Shown here: piece by piece, positions 20,300 to 31,205 of the stretch
Numbering within the stretch: position 1 is the stretch's first letter
Layout: each line of letters starts with the position of its first letter
NCBI GenBank assembly: GCA_965221205.1
Contig: OZ244870.1
Location: 1,118,782-1,182,781 of the forward strand
DNA length: 64,000 nt
Origin: a bacterium
Lineage (GTDB): Bacteria; SM23-31
Direction of reading: 5' to 3'
Program-made: the position numbers and the translations under genes
Notes under the pieces: generated by a model
What the model saw: the letters and a program-made list of their open reading frames with translations, nothing else
Databases searched by the model: none
Told to the model about the DNA's origin: nothing

Positions 20300-20430
20300 C
20301 GAGACCTCCCTAACTCAGCAATTTGTTTTATCATCAAAACGGTATCTTTCACTTGCCATTAGTAGTTATACAAAAATGATTGCTGATGCTAATCCGTGTA
20401 CGAGAGTAAAACTCCAGCAAAAAACAATTA

Positions 20431-21504
20431 TCACTCAAGAACCTTTGCCATATTCCAAAGTGACGAGTTGTGAAAATCGGCCACAAAGCTGCCGGGCGGG
20501 ACCAGTTCATCGCATGTAGTGCGGGCCTCATCACTGAGTGACATGTCTAATACCGGCAGAAGGTTCTCCAGATGTTTAATGGTCCTGCACCCTATGAGGG
20601 GAGCCGTAATTCCCGGCTGGTCTTTTACCCACAACAGCGCCAGTTGTGCGGCAGGAATTCCAACTCTGTCTGCAAGTTTCAAAAACTCTTTGCTGACTGC
20701 GATCCCTCTCTCGCTGATACGTTTTGTATAAAAGCCTCCCCGTTTGACCGCACGTGAATCTTTCGGAAAGTCGCTTGTGCTTTTATATCGACCAGCCAAT
20801 ATTCCCATTGCAAGAGGACTCCAGGTAATGAGTCCGACTCCATACTTTTGAGCAATCGGTATGAGTTCATTCTCGATGCGGCGGTCAAGTAAATTATACG
20901 GTGGCTGCTCTGTTGCAATGCGAACATAATCCTTCAATTCACTGAACATGATAGCTTCCATCACTACCCAGGCGGGATGCGTTGAAAAGCCGATATACCG
21001 AATCTTACCCTGCCGGACAAGATCAGTCAATGCATTGAGTGTTTCATCGATTGGTATATTCGGTGTAAACCGGTGGAGCTGGAATAGATCGATATAATCT
21101 GTCTGGAGACGCTTCAGGGCTTGTTCACAAACCCGGATAATATTTGAACGTGAATGACCGAATTCATTCGGGCCGATTTTGTCGAGAACCATATCCGGGC
21201 GTATATTGAATGTCGATTTATATTCATCGAGTGATACACCAATTCGCTTTCTTCCGTGGTCAACTTTCGTTGCAATAAAAACCCGGTGCCGCAATTTGTT
21301 TTCTTTGAGCGTTCTACCGATTATTCGCTCACTTTCGCCCTCACAATAGGTATCTCCTGTATCCAGTAAATTAATACCCGCGTCGAGTGCACAGTTAATA
21401 ATCTTGTTTGCTTCTTTTTCAGATGTGGCATCTCCGAAATTATCGCTTCCGAGTCCCATTGGAGAAACATTTATTCCTGTCCGTCCTAATTGTCTGTATT
21501 CCAT
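20431..21504 (-). CDS. Aldo/keto reductase family oxidoreductase
   Basis: 357 aa with AKR N-terminus MEYRQLGRTGINVSPMGLGSDNFG and motifs LLDTGDTY and IGFSTH. Confidence 0.85.
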   Translation of the reverse strand: MEYRQLGRTGINVSPMGLGSDNFGDATSEKEANKIINCALDAGINLLDTGDTYCEGESERIIGRTLKENKLRHRVFIATKVDHGRKRIGVSLDEYKSTFNIRPDMVLDKIGPNEFGHSRSNIIRVCEQALKRLQTDYIDLFQLHRFTPNIPIDETLNALTDLVRQGKIRYIGFSTHPAWVVMEAIMFSELKDYVRIATEQPPYNLLDRRIENELIPIAQKYGVGLITWSPLAMGILAGRYKSTSDFPKDSRAVKRGGFYTKRISERGIAVSKEFLKLADRVGIPAAQLALLWVKDQPGITAPLIGCRTIKHLENLLPVLDMSLSDEARTTCDELVPPGSFVADFHNSSLWNMAKVLE

Positions 21505-21592
21505 CTTACATCTTTCGTAGTAACATAGTTTATCAATAACTATTGTTCATCATTTAATTATTATAATTCAAGATATATCAATATATATTTCA

Positions 21593-23128
21593 TTACCATG
21601 GCAATGGAGCAACACGAGGCAGTTTTTCATCCCGCATAGCTGCATGATATACGAATGTTGCAAGTATAACCGTATTTGCCATGAGGTCTTCGGGTACAAG
21701 ACGGTCAAATACGTCCATGTTGGAGTGGTACCTGCGACCGTCCATTCTATCCTGTAGAAAATAATACCCCGGAAGTCCTACCTCATCATATGCCTCATGT
21801 GCCATTCCCGTAGAAAAAAGATGTCTCATTCCCAGGTTGTAAAGCGGCTTCATCCATTCGGTAAAGATTGACCGGGTCATTTCATTACCCATAATGTTCA
21901 GACCTTTTATTCTGGCAGCGCCGTTATCGATGTTAAAATATGCCGATAGATTATGATAATCTGGTTTATATTCCTTTTTAGCAAGGTTGGCAAAATTATT
22001 TCGGACATGACTCCGGTTGCCGTATAAACCCATTTCATGTCCACCCCAGAGTCCAATTCGTAGTGTTCTCCGCGGTTTGATACCGAGTGCCTTGAAGATA
22101 CGAACTACTTCCATTGAAACAATAGTACCGGCGCCATCATCAGTTGCACCTGTCCCGACGGGCTCCGACTGAAGATGTCCGCCTACTACAACTAATTCAT
22201 CTGCCAGGTCTGTACCGGGAATCTCTGCGACAACATTATAATCATTCGGATCGTCTCTGGGGAAATCCACTTTAATATCAATTTCCAATTCCACTGGGAT
22301 CCCTTTTTCAAGAATACGTACAATCCTGTTGTAATGTTCCGCTGCCATAATAATCTCTCTGATGGGTGGCGGAGCATCCGTATTCCACATTTGATTTGTC
22401 ATAGCATATCCCCCTACCGCAGTATCGACTGTGCCGAAATCATTTTTCCCATCCGTTCGGGCAACCATATAGGCACCTGCTGCGAACAACATGTCGATTT
22501 TCTGCTCCTGCGAAAGCCCGGCATTACGGCGTCTGCGCTCGCGAACAACAGGAGGGCCGACGGGAGTTTTCGCCATTTCGTCCAATTCTTCTTCGGTATA
22601 TGGTTGTGTCATCGGCTCAAAGTGCGGTGTGATTACCTGTTTCGCCTGCATAAAAACAATTTTATCCCGAATAGTATTCCGGTATGTATCAAGGTCCGAT
22701 TCGGTGTTAATTTCATCAAGATTAATATGTATTGCCTCTGCCTCTATTTTTCCGTCTGTTCCGGCAGACCAAGCAGCAGGATACGCTATGATAGGCATAT
22801 ATTGGGGGGCAATCATGTGGATGGATGTGTATAAATTTTCCCAGCCTACACCAAATTCGAACGGTTCCAGCCGCACATTTGAGAGTCCATACTCTTCCAG
22901 TTTTTCTTTCGCCCATTGTGCAGCAGCATTATAACCGGATGATTTCGAGTTCCGGGGCCCATACACATCAGTTATCCAGCTGGCATTCTCCATCACTTCA
23001 GAGCGTTCAAATGCTTCGTCCATGATCTTATCGACGACATCCCAGTGGACCGGTTCCTGTGCAAAGACAGTTGAAGTTACAGCAACTGTTAAAAACAATG
23101 CTACCATGTATCTGTAATAATTACTCAT
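21593..23128 (-). CDS. Secreted M28-like (PA-domain-containing) metallopeptidase-fold protein, paralog 1 of 7
   Basis: Signal peptide ending AQEPVHWDVV. M28-like core GGHLQSEPVGTGATDDGAG ... WGGHEMGLYGN ... HSNMDVFDRL. Conserved C-terminal tail DEKLPRVAPLPW. Confidence 0.6.
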   Translation of the reverse strand: MSNYYRYMVALFLTVAVTSTVFAQEPVHWDVVDKIMDEAFERSEVMENASWITDVYGPRNSKSSGYNAAAQWAKEKLEEYGLSNVRLEPFEFGVGWENLYTSIHMIAPQYMPIIAYPAAWSAGTDGKIEAEAIHINLDEINTESDLDTYRNTIRDKIVFMQAKQVITPHFEPMTQPYTEEELDEMAKTPVGPPVVRERRRRNAGLSQEQKIDMLFAAGAYMVARTDGKNDFGTVDTAVGGYAMTNQMWNTDAPPPIREIIMAAEHYNRIVRILEKGIPVELEIDIKVDFPRDDPNDYNVVAEIPGTDLADELVVVGGHLQSEPVGTGATDDGAGTIVSMEVVRIFKALGIKPRRTLRIGLWGGHEMGLYGNRSHVRNNFANLAKKEYKPDYHNLSAYFNIDNGAARIKGLNIMGNEMTRSIFTEWMKPLYNLGMRHLFSTGMAHEAYDEVGLPGYYFLQDRMDGRRYHSNMDVFDRLVPEDLMANTVILATFVYHAAMRDEKLPRVAPLPW

Positions 23129-23160
23129 AATATTTCTCTCCTCTCAAGTTGAATATTTTC

Positions 23161-24807
23161 TTACCATAGTTTTTCAATTTCATCGGTGAGACCGGTCATC
23201 TCCCACCGCACTAACGACATGGGGATCATTCCCAAAGCCCTGAAATCATCGACAAATTCACCAAGAACAAAATCATCACCACGGACTTTTGCTGCATCTT
23301 CTATCAAACTCATCATCTGTATTTTCCCGAGAACCATTCCCATATGCCAACCGGGAGCACGAAGTGTCGTCTTCATCTCAAACCAGACTTCATGACCTCC
23401 ATCGATCATCCAGTTGTATGGTGTTTCTTCGTAGCAAAACTGGAGCGCATCGGCCAGGTCAAATTCATTGTTATGCATTTTCAGATCGGCCAGACCACGC
23501 ACAGCCCGGAAGGCTTTCGCGATTAAATTGACCTCCTCTCCACGTGGACGGTCTTCATAAATTCCGGAATGCAGAAAAATTTCTTCGAGTCCGAAAGCCA
23601 TACCCTCATTCCGAATCATATCGATATCATAGAGCCTGGTGGTTCCCCGTATCGGTCGTCCGTCACGCTGATGTATTAATTCATCCAGATGGTGACCAAG
23701 GTTATTATGTGCCACTTCGGCAATCATATCACGGTCTCTGCACTGTTGAAAAAAGTCCTGTTTGTCTTCCGATCCAGGTGCATTCCACCATTCTCCCGGA
23801 TTGTTCGTTGTCATATAGTCCGGTATGGTGAACAAACCTTCATCCTCGATGAATTGAAACATATACTGTTCATCATTTCGCCATCGCCGCTGGTACTCTT
23901 CAGGAGATGAAACTAACTGAAGGGGAGGCAGATTGCGGTTTCTGTGCTCAACAATTTTAAGCGCCCCGACTGAGTGTTCATATTCTCGCTCGAGGCTTGC
24001 GTACAGTTCATCCCAGGTATAGGGAACAAGATGCACATTTTTGAGCCACCAGTTATAGTTTTCTTTTCCGATTCCCGCTGGAGTGGTCATTGAATTAATG
24101 TTCGCTTCGATCCATTTACCGTAATCCTCCACTGCGGCAATTGCCAGTTCAATTTCTGAGAGCATTTCGGGATGGTGTTCCGTCAATTGTTTGCCGAGGT
24201 TTTCATACAGTTTTATTTCTCTTTCAAGAAAATGCAGAGCAATGAGAGCGAAATCCCCAGCTGCTTCGGTGAGATTCCCCTTTGCCTGTTCAAGCAGTTC
24301 AGGAGCAGCCCGAAGCTGTGCTCTGAAATTCGCAGCTTCTTCTTCAGACATTGGCAGTTCGGAAATTCTTGGTCTTCCATAAGCCGTCGGTCCGGCACCT
24401 CCCATAGAAAATAAGTAGAATACAGGATCCCGCGACCACGGCCTGCGTATTGTATGGTCGAATTCCAGACCGTTCATTTCTGCACGCACTACGTGGTAAT
24501 CCACTTGCTGCAAAACAGGCCAGTCACTTAAATTAATCGCCGCAAGTCGTTGCTGATATTCCTGTATTCTGCTGAACTGTTCCCTCAGTGCTGAAGCAGT
24601 GTAGTCGGGAACACTATTGATTTCTTTCGGTCTCTCAAATTCTCGAAATTCCTGAAAAAGTGCAATGAGATCATCATATGAATTCAATTCTGTCATGTCG
24701 GTTCTGCTACTCTCCGAAGTACACGACACGAAGAGGAGGATAAAAAGATACATGCAAACTCGTATTTTCAAATAATGTCTGTTCATAATATTCTCCAAAT
24801 ATTTCAT
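23161..24807 (-). CDS. Secreted hypothetical protein, possibly DUF885-like, embedded in the M28-like gene array
   Basis: 548 aa with N-terminal signal/lipoprotein sequence (LFILLFVSCTSES). Contains NLGHHLDELIH and GGHEVWFEMK segments. The DUF885 assignment is from memory of that family's conserved HH-containing motifs and is unverified. Confidence 0.35.
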   Translation of the reverse strand: MKYLENIMNRHYLKIRVCMYLFILLFVSCTSESSRTDMTELNSYDDLIALFQEFREFERPKEINSVPDYTASALREQFSRIQEYQQRLAAINLSDWPVLQQVDYHVVRAEMNGLEFDHTIRRPWSRDPVFYLFSMGGAGPTAYGRPRISELPMSEEEAANFRAQLRAAPELLEQAKGNLTEAAGDFALIALHFLEREIKLYENLGKQLTEHHPEMLSEIELAIAAVEDYGKWIEANINSMTTPAGIGKENYNWWLKNVHLVPYTWDELYASLEREYEHSVGALKIVEHRNRNLPPLQLVSSPEEYQRRWRNDEQYMFQFIEDEGLFTIPDYMTTNNPGEWWNAPGSEDKQDFFQQCRDRDMIAEVAHNNLGHHLDELIHQRDGRPIRGTTRLYDIDMIRNEGMAFGLEEIFLHSGIYEDRPRGEEVNLIAKAFRAVRGLADLKMHNNEFDLADALQFCYEETPYNWMIDGGHEVWFEMKTTLRAPGWHMGMVLGKIQMMSLIEDAAKVRGDDFVLGEFVDDFRALGMIPMSLVRWEMTGLTDEIEKLW

Positions 24808-24844
24808 CGATTACTTCACAGTTGAATAGTTTTATATGATTTCA

Positions 24845-26434
24845 CTACCACGGTAATTGAGCAACACGGGGAAGTTTTTCATCACGCATTGCAGCATGAT
24901 ACACAAACGTTGCAATAATGGCAACATTGGTCATCGTGTTTTCCGGAATAGCGCGATCTAACATGTCCATATTAGTGTGGGCATTCGTTTCCATATCATT
25001 TCTATCCTGATAAAAATAAAATCCCGGCAATCCGACTTCAGCGTACGCTTCATGGTAACCAGGATTACCGCCGATAGGCATTCCGCCGGGTATCAGATGT
25101 GACATACCCAGGCTGTGTAACGGCTTCATCCATTCGGTAAAAATTGACCGTATCTCTTCATTCCCCATGACCGATACAGCCCGTATCTTACCGGTTCCAT
25201 GATCTGAATCAAAGTACGCTGAAAGATTATGATAATCCCTTTTATATTCTTTAGTAGTCGGATCCGCAAAGTTTTTGCGGACATGACTCCGGTTACCTGC
25301 TAATCCAGCGCCATCATGTCCACCCCAGAGTCCCATCCGAACGGTTCGCCGTGGTTTAAGCCCTAATTTTTTAAAAATCCGTGCAACTTCCATAGCAGAA
25401 GCTGCACCGACTGCGTTATCAGTCGCACCGGTACCGACAGGCACAGACTGAAGGTGACCACCAAATACAACTATTTCATGCGGTAGATCAGTGCCGGGAA
25501 TCTCGGCAATAACGTTATGGTCATTCGGATTACCCCTGAAAAAGTTTGTCCGGACTTCGATCTCCATTTCGACAGGAATTTCCTTATTCAATATTCGAAT
25601 GATCCGGTTATATTGTTCCACTGCCAAGACAAGCTCTGTAGGCTGTGGAAGTGCACCCTCTTTCCACAGTCCTGATGCTCTATCATATCTACTGAGCGCA
25701 ACTGTTCCGAAATCATGTTGGCCGTCCGGGTGTGCAATAGCAACGGCACCCTCAGCAAATACAAAATCGATGATTTGTTGGCGCGTCAGTCTGTTTTCAC
25801 TAAGATTGGGTCTCGTCCGCCCTTGTCTTTGTAATTCAATATCCAACACAGATATTTCCGGAGCAATGGGTATTTTCGCCATTGCATCGAGTTGCTCTTT
25901 TGTAAATATTGTTGCTATTGGTTCAAAATGGGGTGAGAGTTTGTGTTCCGGTCTTATAAATATGATTGTGTTCTTTAATTTTCCTCGGTATTGTTTCAAA
26001 TCTGTTCCAGAAACAAGTTCGTCAAAGTTGATATACATGGCATTGGCCCGGATTTTTCCATCTGTTCCGGACGACCACGGAGCAGGATAGGCAATAAGCG
26101 GCATATACTGGGGAGCCATCATGTGTACTGAGGTGTAACCAATATTCCAACCGGCACCGAATTCGTACGGCTCAAGTCTGGCATTCGTGAGACCATTCTC
26201 TTTGAGTCTGTCTCGAGCCCATTCCGCAGCCGCACGGTATGAAGGTGTCTTCACATTTCGAGGTCCGTATACATCAGCCAGCCAGCTGGCATTGTCCATA
26301 ACTTGAGAATTATTAAAAGCTTCTTCCATTATTTTATCTACGACATCCCAATAGACCGGTTCCTGTGCGAAAGCTGATAACGTTAAGAGAACAATTAACA
26401 ACATTACGACGATATTGTGATAAAGAGTGCACAT
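24845..26434 (-). CDS. Secreted M28-like PA-domain protein, paralog 2 (variant with WGGHDGAG)
   Basis: Signal peptide ending AQEPVYWDVV. GGHLQSVPVGTGATDNAVGA ... WGGHDGAGLAGN. Tail DEKLPRVAQLPW. Confidence 0.6.
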   Translation of the reverse strand: MCTLYHNIVVMLLIVLLTLSAFAQEPVYWDVVDKIMEEAFNNSQVMDNASWLADVYGPRNVKTPSYRAAAEWARDRLKENGLTNARLEPYEFGAGWNIGYTSVHMMAPQYMPLIAYPAPWSSGTDGKIRANAMYINFDELVSGTDLKQYRGKLKNTIIFIRPEHKLSPHFEPIATIFTKEQLDAMAKIPIAPEISVLDIELQRQGRTRPNLSENRLTRQQIIDFVFAEGAVAIAHPDGQHDFGTVALSRYDRASGLWKEGALPQPTELVLAVEQYNRIIRILNKEIPVEMEIEVRTNFFRGNPNDHNVIAEIPGTDLPHEIVVFGGHLQSVPVGTGATDNAVGAASAMEVARIFKKLGLKPRRTVRMGLWGGHDGAGLAGNRSHVRKNFADPTTKEYKRDYHNLSAYFDSDHGTGKIRAVSVMGNEEIRSIFTEWMKPLHSLGMSHLIPGGMPIGGNPGYHEAYAEVGLPGFYFYQDRNDMETNAHTNMDMLDRAIPENTMTNVAIIATFVYHAAMRDEKLPRVAQLPW

Positions 26435-26467
26435 TGTATTCCTTATATTGTATGTTGAAGAGTTACT

Positions 26468-28018
26468 TTACCATGGCAGCGGTGCAACTCTGGGAAGTTT
26501 CTCATCACGCATAGCAGTATGATACACAAACGATGTCAGGACAACTGAAGCTTGCATCAAGCCTTCCGGAACAAGCCTCTCATAGGTATCCATATTACTG
26601 TGTGAATTCATGTCGTCGATCTCTTTTCGGTCATGGTCAAAATAAAAGCCCAGCAGACCGACTTCCCTGTATGCTTCATGTTGGCTTCCTGACGTAAACA
26701 GATGTGTCATACCCAAGTTTTTCAGCGGCTTCATCCACTCGGTAAATATTGATCTGAGAAGTTCATTTCCCATAATGGAAACACCCCGTATCCTGCCGGT
26801 TCCAATATCGATATTGTAATATGCAGAGAGGTTATCATAATCCTTTTTGTATTTTTTCGTTACCGGATCAGCAAAGTTTTCCCGGACATGAGCACGGTTC
26901 CCGATCGTACCCATTTCATGACCTCCCCAGAATCCTACTCGGATCGTTCGTCTTGGTTTGACTCCGATCGCCATAAGAGTTCGTGCTGCTTCAAGTGTAG
27001 CCACGACACCCGCACCATTATCAATAGCACCCGTACCAGCAGGATTCGCCTGCAAGTGCCCCCCAAAAAGAACTATTTCATTCGCCAGGTCAGTACCGGG
27101 AATTTCTGCTATGACATTGAAATCGTTTGGACCATCACTGTTAAAAGAGACTCGCACTTCAAGTTCTATTTCAACAGGAATACCTTTTTCCAAAATTCGC
27201 ATTATCCTGTTGTAGTGTTCAGCAATCATGATCAATTCTGTTGGATTCGGTTGCGCCCCCTGTTCCCATGGCCGTGTTTCCATCGTATATCGTCTATTCT
27301 CAACTCTGACAGATCCATAACTGCTTTGTCCGTCTGTACGAACAATTGCCACTGCACCTTCACCAAACACAAAGTCGATAATCTGCTGTCTCGATAGCCT
27401 ATCATCTTCCGACCTTCGACCGCGGTGCACTTGTGTGACACGGGGTCCAACAGAAATTTTCGACATTTCATCAAGCTGTTCATCGGATAATCTCTCATTA
27501 AGCGGAGTAAATCTGTGTGTGATCTCCTGTTTCGGCGTGGTGAATATGATAGCGTTGTGCAGATTACCCCGATACTGTTCCAGATCAGATTCTGAAGCAA
27601 TCTCATCGAAATTTACATAGACGATCGGGCCACGAACTTTTCCATTAGTACCCTCGGACCACAATGCGGGATATGCGACGATCTGCATGTACCGAGGGGA
27701 CATCATGTGAACAGAAGTGTAGTTGTTATCCCAGCCAATACCAAATTCATACGGTTCCAAATGTGCGTTTGGAACACCATAATCATCCAATTTTTCTTTT
27801 ACCCATTCAGCTGCAGCAAAATAACTTGGCGTTTTTGCGCCCCGCGGTCCAAAGACGTCGGTCAGCCAGCTGGCATTTTCCATGACTTCGTTATTTGCAA
27901 ACGATTCATCCATAATCTTCTGCACAACATCGTAGTATACTTTTTCCTGTGCATTGGTGGAGACTGCTGCAATAAGCAGTATAATTAATCCAGCTACACA
28001 TATACATTGAGCTTTCAT
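26468..28018 (-). CDS. Secreted M28-like PA-domain protein, paralog 3
   Basis: Signal peptide ending NAQEKVYYDVV. GGHLQANPAGTGAIDNGAG ... WGGHEMGTIGN. Tail DEKLPRVAPLPW. Confidence 0.6.
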   Translation of the reverse strand: MKAQCICVAGLIILLIAAVSTNAQEKVYYDVVQKIMDESFANNEVMENASWLTDVFGPRGAKTPSYFAAAEWVKEKLDDYGVPNAHLEPYEFGIGWDNNYTSVHMMSPRYMQIVAYPALWSEGTNGKVRGPIVYVNFDEIASESDLEQYRGNLHNAIIFTTPKQEITHRFTPLNERLSDEQLDEMSKISVGPRVTQVHRGRRSEDDRLSRQQIIDFVFGEGAVAIVRTDGQSSYGSVRVENRRYTMETRPWEQGAQPNPTELIMIAEHYNRIMRILEKGIPVEIELEVRVSFNSDGPNDFNVIAEIPGTDLANEIVLFGGHLQANPAGTGAIDNGAGVVATLEAARTLMAIGVKPRRTIRVGFWGGHEMGTIGNRAHVRENFADPVTKKYKKDYDNLSAYYNIDIGTGRIRGVSIMGNELLRSIFTEWMKPLKNLGMTHLFTSGSQHEAYREVGLLGFYFDHDRKEIDDMNSHSNMDTYERLVPEGLMQASVVLTSFVYHTAMRDEKLPRVAPLPW

Positions 28019-28060
28019 AGTACTATTTACACCTCCTGCTATAAAATCAAATGAAATTCC

Positions 28061-29623
28061 TTATCGTACCGGCATTGGTGCAATGCGGGGAAGTTTTTCA
28101 TCACGCATTGCGGCATGGTATGCTAAACTTGCCATGACAACTGCGGACTGCATCATGTCCTCCGGTATAAGGCGGTCATATACATCCATGTTGGTATGAG
28201 CGTTTCTGTTATCTAAATTAAATAATTCCTGCAGAAAGGAAAACCCTGGCAGACCGACTGCCGAAAACCTGCGATCTTCAGAGCCTACTACTTCCGGTAT
28301 GAGATGGGTCATCCCGAGACGATGCAGCGGTTTCAACCATTCGGTGAAGATAGAACGCACCTGTTCATTTCCCTGAAGAAAAATTCCGCGAAACCTACCG
28401 GTACCATGGTCGGTGTTAAAATAAACGGATAATTGAGAGTGCTCCGGTTTATATATCTGTGTTTCCGGATCACCGAAGTGGGCGAGTACATAATTCCGCG
28501 AACCGAAATTGCCCATCTCATGCGCACCCCAGAGCCCAATGCGAATAGTCCGCCGGGGTTCCACTCCGATTGCTTTGAGAATTCGTAATGCTTCCATACA
28601 AACGGCAACACCGGCGACATCATCTATTGCACCGGTACCGGCCGGATCAGCCTGAAGATGTGCTCCGAACATTGCCACCTCATTAGCAAGGTCTGTTCCC
28701 GGAAGCTCAGCAACGACATTGTAATCAGTGAAATCGTCATCGATAAAATTCACCCGTATTTCAACTTCCATTTCAACGGGAATTCCTTTTTTCATTATTC
28801 TGAGTATCCGGTTATAATGCTCAGCTAGTACAACCAGCTCTGTAATAGGAGGAAGAGGATTCTTTTCCCATAAACGATTTTCCAGAGCATATCCTTCGAC
28901 ACCCGCATCGACAACACCATATCCATTCGTTTGACCATCATGATGTGCAATTGCTAAAGCTCCCTCTGCAAACACAAAAGCGATTTTCTCATTGTTTGTC
29001 AGTCTGTTTTCGTCATCTATGCGTCCTCGCCGTGCACCGGAATCGCCGGGGCCGATGTGGATTTTTGCCATTTCATCAAGCTGTTCCTCTGTAAATCTAT
29101 CTGCTATGTGATCAAAATGGGGTGAGACACTCAGTTCCGGTGTAGTAAATACAATTTTGTTTATTAGTTTTCCACGGTATGGTTCAAGATCGGCTTTGGT
29201 ATTGATCTCATCAAAGTTGACAAAAATTACCGGTTCCCTGATTTTTCCATCTGTTCCGGCAGACCATGGAGCCGGATACGCTATCATCGGCATATACTGA
29301 GGTGACATCATATGCACCGACGCATACTCTTTCTCCCAGCCTATACCGAACTCAAACGGTTCAAGAGCAACATTCGATAAGCCGAACTCCTCTAATCGAT
29401 CTTTAGTCCAATCTGCGGCTGCACGATATGATGATGAATTTGCGTTCCGCGGCCCAAAAACATCGGTCAACCAGCTTGCAGTTTCCATAACACGCGAATT
29501 TTCGAAACCTTCAATTATGATCTTATCGACAGCATTCCAGTACACTTTTTCTTGAGCAAATGCGGAATGTGCAGTGAGAAGAAGCAACAATAAACCTGTA
29601 CTTACAGTGCGTTGTAACTTCAT
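28061..29623 (-). CDS. Secreted M28-like PA-domain protein, paralog 4; start trimmed to MKLQRTVSTG to remove an ORF-caller overlap
   Basis: Signal peptide ending AFAQEKVYWNAV. GAHLQADPAGTGAIDDVAG ... WGAHEMGNFGS. Divergent tail DEKLPRIAPMPVR. Confidence 0.55.
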   Translation of the reverse strand: MKLQRTVSTGLLLLLLTAHSAFAQEKVYWNAVDKIIIEGFENSRVMETASWLTDVFGPRNANSSSYRAAADWTKDRLEEFGLSNVALEPFEFGIGWEKEYASVHMMSPQYMPMIAYPAPWSAGTDGKIREPVIFVNFDEINTKADLEPYRGKLINKIVFTTPELSVSPHFDHIADRFTEEQLDEMAKIHIGPGDSGARRGRIDDENRLTNNEKIAFVFAEGALAIAHHDGQTNGYGVVDAGVEGYALENRLWEKNPLPPITELVVLAEHYNRILRIMKKGIPVEMEVEIRVNFIDDDFTDYNVVAELPGTDLANEVAMFGAHLQADPAGTGAIDDVAGVAVCMEALRILKAIGVEPRRTIRIGLWGAHEMGNFGSRNYVLAHFGDPETQIYKPEHSQLSVYFNTDHGTGRFRGIFLQGNEQVRSIFTEWLKPLHRLGMTHLIPEVVGSEDRRFSAVGLPGFSFLQELFNLDNRNAHTNMDVYDRLIPEDMMQSAVVMASLAYHAAMRDEKLPRIAPMPVR

Positions 29624-29657
29624 TAGTACGCCCCTATAAATTATTTGATATAATATG

Positions 29658-31205
29658 TTACCAGGGTCTTGGTGCGAACCGGGGAAGTCTTTCATCACGC
29701 ATGGCGGCGTGATATGCGAACGTCGCAATTATGACAGCGTTTGCTATGAGATCTTCCTCTACAAGACGGTCATAGGCATCCATATTGGAATGGTATTGGC
29801 GGCTATCCATTCTGTCCTGTATAAAATAGTAACTCGGCAGGCCAACTGCATCATATGCTTCATGGACCATTCCATACGGGATAAGATGAGTCATGCCGAG
29901 ATTATGGAGCGGCTTCATCCATTCTGTGAATATGGCACGAAGTCGTTCATTACCCTGAATAGGAACACCACGTATCCTGCCGCTGCCATGGTCGATATTA
30001 AAATATGCGGAAAGGTTATCGTAATCTTTTTTGTATTCCTTTGTTTCCGGATCGGCAAAGTGTTTTCGAACATGAGCCCGGTTTCCGAATACACCCATTT
30101 CATGCCCGCCAAAGATAGCTATCCGTATAGTCCGGCGGGGTTGGATTCCGAGAGCCTTAAGAATACGTACAGCTTCCATGCAGACAACGACACCCGCAGC
30201 ATCATCGGCAGCGCCGCCTCCAGCTGGGTTTGCCTGAAGATGCCCGCCCAAGAGAACAATTTCTTCTGCAAGGTCGGTACCCGGAATTTCGGCAACTACA
30301 TTGTAATCTGTCAGGTCATCCCGGTTAAATGAGACTTTTAGCTCAAGTTCAATCTCGACTGGAATATCTTTCTCCAGAATACGCATGATCCGATTATACT
30401 GTTCAGTTGACATAACCAGTTCGGTAGGAGGGGAGGGAGCGTCCACTTCCCACAATCTGTTATCTAGAGTATAACGGTTGTTCTCTACAGCAACAGTCCC
30501 GAAATCATTTCTACCGTCCATCCGCACAATAGCTGCCGCGCCTTCGCCAAATACAAAATCGAGAATTTTCTGCCGTGAAAGCCTTTCCGGACGGGAACGC
30601 CTGTTTCGCTCATCTGTAATCCGGGGACCGATAGGAATTTTCGCCATCTCATCGAGCTGTTCTTTGGTATAGCGTGTTGCGGGTGGATCAAAGTGAGGTG
30701 TTAATGTTCGTTTAGGTTCTGTTAAGACGACTGCATTGCGAAGTTTTCCACGGTATAGCCGGAGGTCTACTTCCGATGCTATATCTCCAAAATTAATGTA
30801 AACTGCCCGCCCTTTGACCTTGCCGTTGGTTCCGGCAGACCACGTCGCGGGATAAGCAATAATTGGCATGTACTGAGGAGACATCATATGGACCGAAATA
30901 TATTCATTCACATAGCCAACCCCGAACTCATACGGTTCCAACTCAGCATTCGATAACCCATATTCCTGTAACCGCTCTTTCACCCATTCAGCCGATGCAA
31001 TGTATCCAGGTGATTTTGCATTCCTCGGTGCAAATACATCCACAATCCAACTTGCATTCTCCATGACGTCGGAGTTTTTGAAAGCTTCATCCATGATCTT
31101 GTCGACAACATCCCAGTGGACAGGTTCCTGTGCATGAACAGAAAACACTGACGTAAACAGCAACATTAATACTAATACTCCAGCGCAAATACATTTTGAC
31201 TTCAT
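29658..31205 (-). CDS. Secreted M28-like PA-domain protein, paralog 5; likely start at MKSKCICAG
   Basis: Signal peptide ending VHAQEPVHWDVV. GGHLQANPAGGGAADDAAG ... FGGHEMGVFGN. Tail DERLPRFAPRPW. Confidence 0.6.
   Translation of the reverse strand: MKSKCICAGVLVLMLLFTSVFSVHAQEPVHWDVVDKIMDEAFKNSDVMENASWIVDVFAPRNAKSPGYIASAEWVKERLQEYGLSNAELEPYEFGVGYVNEYISVHMMSPQYMPIIAYPATWSAGTNGKVKGRAVYINFGDIASEVDLRLYRGKLRNAVVLTEPKRTLTPHFDPPATRYTKEQLDEMAKIPIGPRITDERNRRSRPERLSRQKILDFVFGEGAAAIVRMDGRNDFGTVAVENNRYTLDNRLWEVDAPSPPTELVMSTEQYNRIMRILEKDIPVEIELELKVSFNRDDLTDYNVVAEIPGTDLAEEIVLLGGHLQANPAGGGAADDAAGVVVCMEAVRILKALGIQPRRTIRIAIFGGHEMGVFGNRAHVRKHFADPETKEYKKDYDNLSAYFNIDHGSGRIRGVPIQGNERLRAIFTEWMKPLHNLGMTHLIPYGMVHEAYDAVGLPSYYFIQDRMDSRQYHSNMDAYDRLVEEDLIANAVIIATFAYHAAMRDERLPRFAPRPW

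Noticed and set aside
29623-29728. Apparent 70-bp overlap between M28-like paralogs 4 and 5 (28061-29728 versus 29658-31226)
   Set aside because: It is an artefact of choosing the most upstream Met. Starting paralog 4 at MKLQRTVSTG (29623) gives a normal signal peptide and removes the overlap.
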